From NCBI GenBank assembly GCA_000165425.1, contig CT868030.1, positions 310,001 to 374,000 on the forward strand: 64,000 nucleotides of DNA. The letters run 5' to 3'. The DNA comes from Paramecium tetraurelia (taxonomy: Eukaryota). Position 1 is the stretch's first letter, and every line of letters starts with the position of its first letter. Position numbers and translations under genes: made by a program. Shown here one piece after another: positions 42,237-55,986 of this stretch. The notes under the pieces are model-generated. The model saw only the letters and a list, made by a program, of their open reading frames with translations, ran no database searches and was not told the DNA's origin.

Positions 42237-43140
42237 TCTTTACCTCTGGATAAGTAACATCAACACCATCAGAAAGTAAGAAAACCGATGTCACATTATT
42301 TATATATTTTCTACCTTTTAATTAGTAAAATGTCATTTTAGTAGCTTCTGAAATACGATTACCTCCATCTGCTTAAATTTATTTGATGATTTAAGTAAAA
42401 TAACTTTTATTTTGGTTGGTTACAGTTTTTAAAGGAGTTAATCTATGTGCATCATTATCGAAAGTTATTAATTATAGTCTATCATTATCTCCAAGAAATT
42501 AGAGAAGAACAATTAAGGATGCCTTAACCATTTCAATTTTAACTCCTATCATACTTCCACTAATGTCAATTAAGCATATCTAAAACAATATTTCATAATA
42601 ATTACTAAATCTACTCCGACTCGTTGACTTTCTTATTTTTAAAAGATATTTTAATCCTATGCTTTTAGACTTACAATTCCAGGTAAGTATTATGGTCTAG
42701 TTTATGGTAATTTTCCCTTCTTGTATAAGGCTTTAACTTCGAATGAAAGTTATTCATTTAAATTATATTTATTAGGAGTATATTTTTTAGGTTGAATCAT
42801 ATCATCATCATTATAAGTGATCTTTTAAATTGCATTACCACTTTATTTAACATATTAATCAGGTTAGTAAACTTTGTATTGTCTTAATTATACTTGCTAA
42901 ATAGGACCATTATTTTTAAATAGCAATTAATTACTAGAAGGATTCATCACATATTGTACACTTGCTATCGGTGGTTATTATGCAATCTTGTATTACTAAA
43001 AACAATTTAAATGTTGTTGTTAATGTAATTAAGAAGGATTCTTATACATTTAACTTTAAGGTCTTGTTTTGACTTAAATCTAAAAATTGTAGTGCAAATA
43101 TTACCTTGCTCGGATATTATTAACTATTGATACTAATCAT
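41317..43140 (-). CDS. vWA-domain protein, copy B
   Basis: MISINSQQYPSK..; core nearly identical to copy A; introns at ~43080-43104 and 42580-42605. Confidence 0.9.
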
Positions 43141-43590
43141 GACTGAGATTTTATTTAATATTTAAACGCAAAAATTATTCGCTTATAAATTGCTTTTCTG
43201 TGAATTTCTGATGAATCTAATAATTGGACTTCTATAAATGTATCTCAGCATTTTTGAAGTTCTTCATTATTATTTTTCTAACTTTCATTAAAATGATCAA
43301 TCATTTGTTTTTTTATGAATTTAATTTATAAAAAAGGATTTTCTTTTTTATAAATAAGAACTTAAATTAATGAACTCTTTGACTTTTTCAAATTGAATCA
43401 ATGAATTCAATTTATTCAATATTTATTACTGCTCAATCGAGTCCTTTAATTTTAATATTTTATATTTTAGGGAATTCTATTAGTATTATTAATGATATTA
43501 AAATCATCAGATTTAATCAAATTTATATGATTAAAGCCTTAGGAAAATAAATTTTTTTAAATTATTTAAATATTTTATTTCCTTTTAAAC

Positions 43591-45366
43591 ATGAATCAAT
43601 AACAGGTACCTTAATCCCTCTTTGGCAATTAATCAAACTAACAATACTAATAATAATCAATTTACAATTAACAACAATAATAGAATTTTCAACAATTTTC
43701 CCAAATACCCTTCTAAGCTTTACCAAATTTCCCATTATAATCAAACCCTCCTCATTCTCATAACAATATATTTGGAAGACAACCTCAATAATATCCATAA
43801 CAAATGTTTTAAGCTCAACCCTATTAACCCAGTCTTTTTGGAATGAATACTGTAAAAAATTAAGATATTCATACTAATTTTAATGATGATGAAAAGATAG
43901 AGCCTAAAAAAGAAGAGGCAAAATAAAATGCAAATAAGTATAATTTAAATGAAAAACTTTCATTCGAAGTCAAAGCTTTATACAAAATGGGAAAATTGCT
44001 TAACAGTAGAACTTAATACTTACCTGGAATCGTAAGTATAAAAGCTTAAGATTAAGCTGTCATTTAGAATCAAGAAAATTAACGAGTCGGGGTAGATTTG
44101 ATATGTTTAATTGATAAAAGTGGAAGTATGAATGGGTAAAAGATAGAAATGGTTAAGCAAACATTAGCATTATTGCTTGATTTTCTAAATGAAAATGATC
44201 GATATTAACTTATCACTTTTGAGTCTTAAGCTTAAAGATTAACACCATTAAAAAGGGTAACAGATGGAAATAAATAATACTTTAAATAAGTTATATAACA
44301 AATAAATTCTGGTGGTGGAACAACTATTGGAACAGCTACAGAAATAGCTTTTAAATAATTATAAGAAAGAAAATATAGAAACAATGTCACGTCTATATTC
44401 CTACTTTCAGATGGCCAAGATGGTCAAGCAAATTAAAGGATTTAGGAGCAAATAAAGACAGTGAATGAAGTGTTTACTTTGCATACATTTGGTTTTGGAG
44501 AGGATCATGATGCTTAGATGATGACTTAGTTATGTAATTTAAAGAGTGGAAGTTTTTATTTTGTATAGGATGTAACATTATTGGATGAATTCTTTGCAGA
44601 TGCTTTGGGAGGACTAATCTCTGTCGTAGGTGAATAATTAGAAATAACACTTTCATCTTCAGCACCTCCTCCTTATTAAGATATTCAAATATCTAAAACT
44701 TATGGAAATATGTGGTAAAAGAAAGGAAATCAATATTATATTACTCAACCTTAAATTGCATCTGGATCAAGAAAAGATTACGTTTTTGAATTGGCTCTTC
44801 CAAAATTTGAAGGGAAAATCGAAGATAATCATAGAAATGTGAAAGTTATAGAGGCAGTATTAAAAATAAAAGATCCAATTAATGGAGCAATTATAACTAA
44901 ATAAACTAGTCTTACATTAACATTCTTTAATTAAGATGAATAAATTAATTAAAATGAATCAGATATTGATGTTTATGCATAATATTATAGAGTAAAAGGA
45001 ACAGAAGTAATTGATGATGCAAGAAAAGCTTGTGAATAAAATAAGAATGAAGATGCTTAAAAGTTGATTGATAATATGTTGATACAAATTTAAAAGAATC
45101 AAAATGTTGCTGCTTAATGTACTGGAATTATTTAAGATTTATAATAAGCAAAATAAGCATCTTCAAGAAATACCTATAATTTATTTGGCCAAAAATAAAT
45201 GTGTCAAATGGTCAGTAATAACTATCAATAGGGAGGAGTCAACTCTTTATTCTCTGCCACAGGAGCATAATTATAATAAGTTCAACCAGCTGCATACTCT
45301 AATGCTTGCTAATAATAAATGATGTTTCAAGTATAAGCATCCAAACCTAACTACAAACCCTCTTGA
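43591..45366 (+). CDS. vWA-domain protein, copy C (intronless, divergent MIDAS core)
   Basis: MNQQQVPQSLFGN..VDLICLIDKSGSM..SGGGTTIG..LLSDGQD, followed by the same C-terminal half as A and B. Confidence 0.92.
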
Positions 45367-45413
45367 TTCATTTATCATCATTTTATAATATACAACCATT
45401 TCATATATTTCTA
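44447..45413 (+). repeat. right arm of a ~967-bp inverted repeat (partner 41270-42236)
   Basis: Reverse complement of 41270-42236. Confidence 0.93.
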
Positions 45414-45671
45414 AAAAATCAATATGAAAATATTATTCTAATATATGTCTTGAATTTACAAAGTTTTAAGCATCCTTTTAGTACTAATTTAAAATAAAAA
45501 AATTGTTTTAAGTAATATTTAATTTATAAAAATCGAAATTAGCATAACTCACGTAATTTTTAACCTTTGACGATCTTTCCCATCTGAAGTTTAAGTTTTT
45601 ATTAACTAAGAATGATTGTATTTACTTTATTTAAAATATTTTATTATTCCCTTATTGTTAATTAATAAATC

Positions 45672-48600
45672 ATGTATTCATTTAATGAATTATATACTGG
45701 TTTTACCATACTAATACTAATATTGTAAACTAGTTAATAGCTTTATGAAATAGATTAGAATGCATAATAGATATCCTTAAACAGTATATGGTATCCAGTT
45801 GATTCATATATTGGAACACTTTTTAAATATTGTCCTTTGAGTGTTATTTCTCATATAGGACCTGTTCAACGAAGCTAAACTAACTCCTATCTATTATATT
45901 TAGGATATGAAAGACTCACAGAGATGTTACTTTTCCTTCATTACGTAAAATTTCTTCCAGAAGAGAGGAAAATAATACATATTGTTAAATTTAACATTAA
46001 AAATGAAATTATGGAAGAAGAGTTTGAATTCGATTCCAATGATTATGAAGGTAAATGGTATATGCAGTATATGTATTATAATACAAATTAGAGAAAAATT
46101 ATATTGGGTTTTATGTCAAAAGAATGGTAAATGGAAAAAAGCCTTATTTCTTAGAGCTTTTTCGACAAAGAGTTTAAGTTGATCATAGGAGGGAGTTTAA
46201 ATGTAAAATTTTTTATTATGTAAAGAGCGTTAAAAACAGTTTTTAGGAGGAATATTTATTGAGCAGTTTTCCAGGAAAAATGAAATTAATATTTTTAGAA
46301 TAGAATGAGAAAAGGGAATTTTATATTTCCAATCTGAAAGACTGCGAATTCAATTTTTAAGCATTAATTAACGAATATTATGATTATAAGACCCAATTAC
46401 TATAATTACAGGTTGATTAAGAATATGACACACAATATTTGATATAGGTTTGGGTTCAAATTGATGATGTTTTGAGTGAATTTTAAACAATTTAAGTGAT
46501 TAGATTGAACCTCAAATATCAATTAGATGAAGAGAACCATATAGATTTGACGAGTTTTTAAATTACTTATATAAGTGAGAATTCCAAATGGTATTATTGT
46601 CTTTAATTTTATTCCTATATTTATCCATTCATTTTTTCAAAAACTTAAATTTAGGATTTTACAAAGAACTATCAATATGAAATTGGTAGCGAATTTCTTA
46701 CCTCATGGCATTTAATATAAGTTAGCTACAAAAATAAATAAATCAATTACGGAATGAGAAACTATCTATTAAATAAATAGTTGCTGAAACAATTTGAAAA
46801 TGTAAATTAGTTTTCTTGCTCTAAATTTACAATTGTTTTAGGATAAAATAGTGGTGAAAATTTACTGAGTGGCCAAATTTAAAATTTAAAATATTCAACC
46901 TGTCCTTCTAGTGATAACAGTATTTAGTTTGACCATTGCCATTACTCTTGTCAAACTTGTTTTGGGCCAAACAGCAATCATTGTTGGTCATGTGATGTAA
47001 GAAAAAATAGAATATTTAATCCAAAAGTTAATACATGCAAATGCAAATTATGGTATTTAGACTTAGATGAAGTTTAATGTCATGGATAATCTGAGTTTAA
47101 TTTAATAGAAACTAAAATTTATTTACCTGAAGATACAAGGTACGATGAAATTTAACCTATAGTTTAATGTGCTTATGGGTACTTTCGATATTTAGATTCA
47201 TGCATTTAGTGGTATAATTTAATGATTAATAAGTCCATCTGCATCATAGAAGGGAGCCATATAATGTCTAGATTGTATTCTATATCCAGATACATGGGTT
47301 TAAAATGGCATGTGCTATCAATAATATTAATAATTTGATATGGATGAATAAAATACTTATAGACATATTGCCGATGCTGCTTCACCATAATCAAATTTTT
47401 ATTTACTAATTGATGAAGAGTTATTTACTTGTGAAGATTGTGTATTTTGTTCAAAAGAAGAATATTTGGAAGAATAAGAAATGGGAATTAGCTATTGCAT
47501 TTTATATCCTTTAAAACATATGAATTAAGATACTTACATAATGTGTATATATGGAAATTTAGACTATGAAACTTTTAAATGCTAACCGCAAGAAGTGATA
47601 GAAAGACAAAATTATGGATCCTACAAAGGTACATGTAATGAGTTTTGTGGTTACTGTAGTTTAAGAATGTGTTATTACTGCAAGGATACTACTCTTTACT
47701 TTAGTGACTGGTAAGGAATATGTAGAGTTTGTAATATTGAACACTGTAAATATTGTTTTTCATACAACTAATATGACTTGAATTAAGTATCTGCAAGAAA
47801 AGTTCCTTATTTTAAACTCCCATCTAATTTGGAAGAAGATTACATAATAGGGTGTTCGCTTTGTTATTCAGGGTATATATTTGATTTTACTATCAATGAA
47901 TGCGTAAAAAAGAGTTTGGAATTTCCATGCTTAAATGCTTTCATCAATCAAGATAATGAATTAATTTGCACTAGTTCATCATTAACAGCTCGAATAACTG
48001 AAGAACCATTAGAAACAATTGGATGCTAAACATATTTCTAGTTCTGTGTGAAATGTGTTTCTGATAATTATAAGATGGTACAATGTACAAAATGTGAGGA
48101 TGGATACTATCTCAATTTTAAAAATGGAATTTGCAAGCCTTGCTCTGAGATAATTGAACATTCAATCAAATGTAAAATGCTCACTTCTTCTTAAGATTCT
48201 TGGAAATATGACGTTATGAGTTTCTATAATAAATTTTTGCCTGATAAAATTCCGATATTGCTTTCAGGATAATATTTTATTGTCTATTACCTTATAGATG
48301 AATGTGAAGAGGGCTATATATATTTTTATGATGAATGTAAAATTGCCAATGATAAAAACTGTTTAAATTGGCATAATGATATAAATGGAGTAATTTGTAA
48401 GACATGTAAATCTTAATCAAAATTTTATCAATCATCCTCTTTCTTCAATGAAAAATGTCAAATGTGCCCATATCCATGTATTATATGCTAAGAAAGAACA
48501 TTAGAAGAGATAAACCTCATCAATCCTTATTTTATTGTTGATGAACAGACTAAAAGCTAAACATATTATTGTATCAAAAATTATGGAAATCAGGAAACAT

Positions 48601-51600
48601 ACATACATCAGAAATTAGGAATGATTTAACCATAAACCTAAAATGGAGCCAGATACGTTAATAAAATAACAAAGATCTTAAATTAAAATGAATTCTCCTC
48701 CTCTCAAGAACTTAAAGAGTTGGAGATGTAATATTTAATTCAAAGAAATATTTACACATACTAAGCTCAATATTCATTTTTACCTGATGAGTAAATTATT
48801 AATCTTAGAAATTATATTTTTTCTTTATAAAATTAAGATCTTTATTATGATGGATAAAATGAAAATTATCATGAAAAAATTATTCAAATTTTTAATTAAT
48901 CCAAAGTAACCATTGATAACCTTTACTTTTTTAATGAAAAAAATATTCTGAATATCACTTCAAAATATGGAGTCGAAGTGTTTATTAACAATATAACTCT
49001 TCCATCTATTACTAATTATAGAACTTTAATTGAAATAACTAATAGTACTAATTTAAGTATGTCTTATATTTAAATTAATGAATAAATCAATTATTAATCA
49101 TCATTGATTTCTATCAACAATTTTTATTAATAGGTTTTCTAAAATACGAACCTATTATTTTATGAGATCACTTTATTGAATTGCATATTTATAAATAGTG
49201 TGTTTATACTTATCAATAATCATCAAAGTTATGTTGATAAATTTGTGATCAATAATTTAAGAATCATTAATTGCACTTTTGAAAATTCTTCCCTTTTTAC
49301 CTTCACCTAATAGTCTAATTTTAATAAGATAATAATCAAGAACATAAGTATAAGCAATTCTAAATTTATCAATTCAGAATTTGCTAAAATACCACTAGGC
49401 AATTAAATATAAATGTATTAACTAGAATTAATCAATTCTACAATTACTTAAGGAATTTTAATATAATCTACTTAATCTACAATATTTTAAGAGCTATTCT
49501 TCGAAAATGTGAATTTATCAAACAGCACTCTTCTACTTCTTAAGGGATATCTGAGTGAAACCAATTTTGATCATTTATTTTAAAAAATACAAATAAAGAA
49601 AATTTCATTCCAGGGGCAAAGTCCATTTAAAATTATATATAGAAGTGATTATAAAGGTTAAATAAAAATGTAAGATATAATGTTAGAATAAGGTTCTATC
49701 ATTCAAGATGATAGATTATATGATTTTAATGCATCAAATTGTTTTTTTGATTTTCAGAGTCAATCCATATCAATCACAAACTTTACAGGATTAAATATTC
49801 TTAATATTTAAATATTTTGTTTGAATAACTTCGACTAAATTATTATCAAGGATTGTATAATCAAATAAAAAGAGTAAGGTTTATTTAATTATGATGCAAA
49901 TAAATAAGTAAATAATAAGGGATTTTTGTTTATTAAGGATTTTATTGAAATCTATTTATCAAACATATAGATAAGCAACTTATACGTGGTTGATTCATCC
50001 TTAATTTATATATAATCCAAATAAGATGTTACTTTTAACTAAAGTGTTGTAGTACATGATTTTAACGTCACCAACAATGTGCTTGTTAAAAGTTAATTAT
50101 TTACCGTGCCATCTCTTTTGTATATATAATCAGAATATTATTGCAATGTTGAATTATCTAAGATCAACTACGAGCATAACCTAATTAAGTATTAGATTGA
50201 GGATTCATAAATTATAGCTCCTTCTTTACTTTATATTTTCGTAAAATAAAGCAAAATATCTTTGAACTCTGGACAATTTAAACAAAATAAAATTATAAAT
50301 TCAAGAAATTCTCACATTTATCTGAACTCAGAAACTATCACATTGCAATCGTTAATTGTTTCTGATATCAATATAGATTATTAGAATTAAGACTTGAATT
50401 TCTCTAATATTTAAATCTATTCATAAGGAGGATTGGGATAATTGATTGGAAAAAATATTGTAATTTTTGATGTGAAATTTTAAAATATGATGGCTCATCA
50501 AGGTGGCTGTTTATTAATGGTCTTACTTGAAAAAAGCAGAGTTTTAATAGAGAATGTTGTTATTTAAAATGCCATCAGTTGGAACAACATGAGCATAAAT
50601 TCTTTTGGTGGAAGCTTTTATATTGACGCAACAAATTCAGAATTGGACTTGCTTATAAGAAATATCTCAGTGACATTATCAATTAGCAAAGATTCAGGGG
50701 GATTCATATATTTACTTCCTTCATAAATATCCAATAAATTGAAAATTCTTAATTCAAACTTTATTAATACATTTTCTTAAGAATAAAGCTTGGTTTCTTT
50801 TGTATGTGATTTCTTTCTTAGTAATAATACATTTGAATTTAAAAATAACACCATAAATATTGAAGAAAGCTTTTACAATGATTTTCTAGGAATGAACTTT
50901 TAGAGTCCTTAATCAAGTTAGAGTAGTCTGATTGCTGTATCTAATAGGTAACCTTAATTAATTATTTAAAAGCAAGATTAATATTGATTCTGTGTCAATT
51001 ACAGGTTCGTACTCAGTTTCTATATTTAGTTTATCCTTTATCCATTATCTTCGTTTAACTAATGTAAAAATAATTCAGGCTAAATCTTTTGGGGCTGCCT
51101 TTATATCGATTAGCAATGAATAAAAATACTAATTAGCTTATAAGACTTAAAACTAATTGTTTTTAAGTGAAATAGACATAAATAATTGTTAAAATGTCAA
51201 TTAATAAACAAAAGGTTCATTTTTGGATATTCTTCTGAATGCCTAAATAACATCAAAAATATAGTTCCATAATCTCTAAATTATTCAGAATAATTGTTCT
51301 AATTGTTAAAATGGTTTAATCAATCTACAATTTACAGAATATACAAAATCAATAAACTTTAATTAACTATTATTCTTTAAAAATGATTGTGGTTTTTAAT
51401 CTTGTCTGTCTGCAACTCCTATAGGAACTTATCAAACAACTTCAATAAAAGTAGATCATGGCCTATTCATCTAAAATAAAGGTTTAATGAATGGAACACT
51501 TAATTTATAGGCATCAAATCTAGATTTACGGAACTTAAAATTTATTCAAAATACAGCATCTAAAGGTGGAGGATATTATTCCCAATATTATCAGGAACTT

Positions 51601-54073
51601 TAAACAAAAAATCTTTATTTCATTGCAAATAAGGCAAATATTGGGGGTGCCATTTTCTTAAAAAGCACAAAATTGTAAACTTCTTGCTTTTCCTAAATTT
51701 ACTTGATTGACAACAAAGGCAAGGTTGCTATAGATAATCTTTAAGAATTGCCCCTCTAGATTATGTTATCGATTTTCCAAACAGATATTGAAAATATATA
51801 TGTAGGAGGCAAATATCTACCCAATCTTAAAAAATTCCTAAATGAAAATTTCATTTATTTGCCAAGCGGTTAAAAAATAGGATAATATCAAATATATTCT
51901 TAGGAGTAGTAAAATTATCAAAATTATAATATTCAATTAAGATTTTATTTTGTGAATAATCTAGAGGAAAAAATATTACTATTTGAAAATGAAACCTCAA
52001 GTTGCACAGTTAATTAACAATAATTTATTGGAGAATAATAGCAAAATGGAAAATATAATGATTACGTAGTTGAGTATGATAAAGAAGATCAATCATTCAA
52101 TTTTGAAAACTTAACCATCATATTTGATCCATATTCCAAGAAGGATAGTTATTTAAATTTACAAATGACTTGCATAAACTAATTAAAGGAAGTGATCAAA
52201 TTTTAATTAAATGTTAAGACATTTCCATGCTAAGTAGGAGAATACTATTATGAATCTTAATGTCTATTATGCGAGGCTAAGAGAGGGTATTATTCCCTTG
52301 AGCCAAAAGCATCTTATTGTTTAAAAATAGATCCAAAGATGATTTAAAAAAATACAATAAATCAAATAGAATTATATCCAAGATATTGGAGACCGTCTTC
52401 TAAAAGTTCACTTATTTCTGTTTGCAATAGAAAGCCTGAAAATTGTTTAGGAGGTTGGGAAACAGGAGATGATTCATGTTAGTTAGGATCTATAGGAGGA
52501 TTGTGTGAAGAATGTGATATATATAATATAAGAGGATTTGGATAATATTACCAAAACAGCAATTTTAAATGCCAGTATTGTTAGAATTTTATTGGGAAAG
52601 CTGCCATTTCAATTGTAATAACAATTTTGTAATTTTTATAATTAAATCTATAGGACATTACTATCAACATATTTAACTGTTAATAGTGCCTAGTTACTCT
52701 TTATGAATTTTAAACGACTGAAATATACTACAGTTCATTATAAAATCATATTTAGACAAGGATAAGGTATAATGTATTACTATATTTTAGATTAATCAGC
52801 TGCCTTAATTAAAATGATTGTAAACTATTTTTAAATTTTGATTGGAATAAAATCATTCCAAATTTAGATGTATTCAAATATTATTGATTTCTTGAATCCT
52901 TTTAGCAATCCAGTTGGTAGTTCTCTATATTCATATGATTGTTTTTATAGCTAGCAATCTAATGTTCCAGTTATCTACATAAATCTAATGATTAATCTAT
53001 TAATACCAATATTTTATTACTTGCTTTTTATCACCATCTATTTGATTGTAATATTATTCAAAAAAGCCAAATTATCAATAACAATATATTTCACTGCAAT
53101 ACTCTATTTGCTATTTTATACCTAACCTTAAATAATAAATGAATTAGGTAGTTTAGCGGCTAAAAGACAAATTTCGGGAATTACTTATATAAATAAAAAT
53201 GTTTAATATTTATACTCAACCTCAACGCATAATAATTGGATGACATTTTGTATAATTCCATTGTTGGTTTTTGAAGGAGGTATTCTTCCTCTTATTATTC
53301 TACTTAAATTAATCAAAATTAGAAAGCATTTCAATTCAGATAGATTTCGTAAAATATGGGGATATATTTTTAATGACTATTAGGAGTCATGTTATTATTG
53401 GGAAATACTTAGAATATTTTAAAGATTAATAATTATATTGACCTTGAATTTTAACGAAGAATAAATCATTACCAAAGGATGCATAATGTTTATAATCTTA
53501 TTATTTTATTTTACAGCTGTTTTTATACAAAAACCGTATAATGTTAAATCTTTAAATGGATTTGAATTAGATAGCATCTGTTTATGCGAAATTATAATAG
53601 TAATTAGTTGTTTAAAATACTAAACATAGATTAACTAGATAACAAGTATAGACTTTTTATTGGAGATAATCTTTATCATATTTTTTATGTTTTTACTTCT
53701 AAAAGTAAGTATAAAACTAACTATAATTTACTATTATAAATATATTGAGAGATTTGATAATATCAAACGATTTTTATAGTATTAATTCCCTGGATTAACT
53801 CAAAAAAAATCAATAATCTCAAAATTCTTAAATAGTAAGAAGAATCAGAGAAATTAGATATAGCAGAGATTTTTATCAGCATTTTCCAATTTAAAACAAC
53901 TTAAAACCCACTCAAGTAAACTTTCCTAATCTAATCATTAAATTAAAATGAGCAACATTCAAAATGAACACACACTTTAACTTTCTTGTTAATTTACTAA
54001 TAATAATGAAAAAAATGAGAATGCATTTGTCAAGGCAGATGACTTTTCTTAATGCCAAGATATAGTTTTATGA
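45672..54073 (+). CDS. giant (~2750 aa) ciliate surface protein, paralog of 29545-37778
   Basis: Collinear motifs: FLHYV..KIIH..YEGKWY, LIIGGS..FPG, CHYSCQTCFGPNSNHCWSC, GGAIFL, YWRP..CLGGW..GSIGGLCEECD, C-terminal TM block with WGYIFNDY..YYWEIL. Confidence 0.88.
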
Positions 54074-54133
54074 TAATTAAAACAATGTTATAATTTTAGT
54101 TTGATTTATTCTAAGTTCTAATAAATATTATAT

Positions 54134-55073
54134 TCAATCATTTATTTCTGTTTTAATTCTTCTTTGATGTTGAATGGTTTTAAAAATAGTTGGTTTCAAT
54201 TTAACATTAAATTTTTAAAGAATTTATTTTTATTCCTCATTTGGAATCAACTTAATAATAATACTTTTTATTAAATTGATTGATTTAATTTAATCTGATT
54301 TTCTCATATTTATTGAATCCTATTCTGATATCGATGCTTCAAAAAACTACAATACAGCTTCCATCATGTACTTTAGATGATTCAGAGTGTCGAACAATTT
54401 GGTTTTTGTTTAGAGATACTACTACATACTGACTTTTGATTGCATAATTTCAGCGAATTGAGATTGATCTGCTTTTGTTTCTAAAATGAATGTCATTTTT
54501 TCATAGTTTTAGAGCAACTTATCGTATTTCTAAAAGTTGCATTAATATATAGAATCCAATGTTACTAGCACACTTTTTTTAATATTCTATTCTAATGTTT
54601 CTATTTATTCCAAAAATTGATCTTGAATAAGTTAATGATTATTTTATGTAATTATATCTTATTATTATAAAATTTGAGCAATTTTAGAATTGCAATCCTG
54701 GATCTAAGATTGTAATTTAATATTATTTTGCTATTATATTTCGATATCCATCTTATTAGCTTTGCCAAGACATTGATAATCAAGTTGACTCATAAGTAAT
54801 TTAACTTATTTTAGTTATTTATCAAATTTATCTGATGCCAATTTTTATTGATTAATCTCATCTTAGATTGGCTTTAGAATCAAATTGATATCTGAATGAC
54901 TAACAGTATTTTCAATTTGTTCTGCCAAAACAGCAATATCTAGTTAATCCTACTATTCGTGGAGCTCTAATTGGATATTGAGTTCACTTACATTAAATGA
55001 GTATTTCTTAAATTTGTTCATCTACAATGCTGTATTTGATCAACTGAAGGATAACATTTTTAATATTTTGCAT
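54134..55073 (-). CDS. hypothetical coiled-coil protein
   Basis: MQNIKNVILQLIKYSIVDEQIQEILIQ; 25-nt intron; ends RRIKTEIND-TGA. Confidence 0.7.
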
Positions 55074-55083
55074 TAATTAATTT

Positions 55084-55967
55084 ATGGATCAAAATTTAGA
55101 TTAGCAGGATAGAGATTGAGCTGATTTAAAAGGCATTTTGTAGGTTGAAATAATTGATAAATTTAAAGAGATTGAACCTAAAGTTAACTCTCGTTAATAT
55201 GAGTTTATTAAATATTGTTTAGGCTAGAATGTCAATAATGAATAGAATTACGAAGCTAAACAGATCATAAAACTCCTTGCTTTAAATCTCTTATTTATTG
55301 ATCATTCCAAGAAAAGCATAACAAGAATTTAACATGAAGTAAATAAGTAAAATGGTAATACAATAAAGGAAACTTAAATGCTTTATCCTTACAGAATAGT
55401 ATAGGATAAACAATCTATTTGAAGCAAAGCACAAAGAGAACTATCGAAAATATATGACTGATAGATTGAAGGAATAGAATTTGAAATTCTTAACTTATTT
55501 TGCATAAACAAAGGATAATATATGAAATAAGGGTGTATAAGTTTTAGAATTTAATTATGTGAAAAAAATTGTATAGAGTAGCTGATTGTTAAGTTTATAT
55601 TTATCATCCTAGCACAATTTTTTTTGGTTTGAAGAATCCTTCATAGAATGTTTCGAATTTAAGATATTTAATAATTGATCAGGCAGATCAATTGTTAGAG
55701 AAGAATGAATAAAATTAATAAAAGATTGAGGCAATGCGATTGATTTCATTCATTTTAGGCTAGATGAATAATTCAAGTTATAAAATAATGTTTGTTCGCG
55801 CCATTTTGAATTTTGGAGATATTGAAACTCTCTTTAAGGAACGGATTCAGAACAATATTGATAACAATAAGAAAGTAGATTCAAGATTCATGCGTAAAGA
55901 AGAAGGTATGAGTAGAAGGAATTCTGTTCATATTTAGGAAAAACTATTGATTTTAAATAAAGCGTGA
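55084..55967 (+). pseudogene. gene-like sequence with in-frame TGA codons (55117, 55523)
   Basis: MDQNLDQQDRD*ADLKGILQVEIIDKFKEIEP..; later ..KDNI*NKG and NLRYLIIDQADQLLE. Confidence 0.45.
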
Positions 55968-55986
55968 TAAATATATTATAATTAAA

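Noticed and set aside
38453..42580. Diversity-generating retroelement (template/variable repeat) explanation for the A/B differences
   Set aside because: Substitutions are not adenine-specific in either direction, and no reverse transcriptase is visible in the window
41270..45413. Transposon with long terminal inverted repeats
   Set aside because: The arms are vWA coding sequence; no transposase is present, and the TA at the ends is too common in this DNA to count as a target-site duplication
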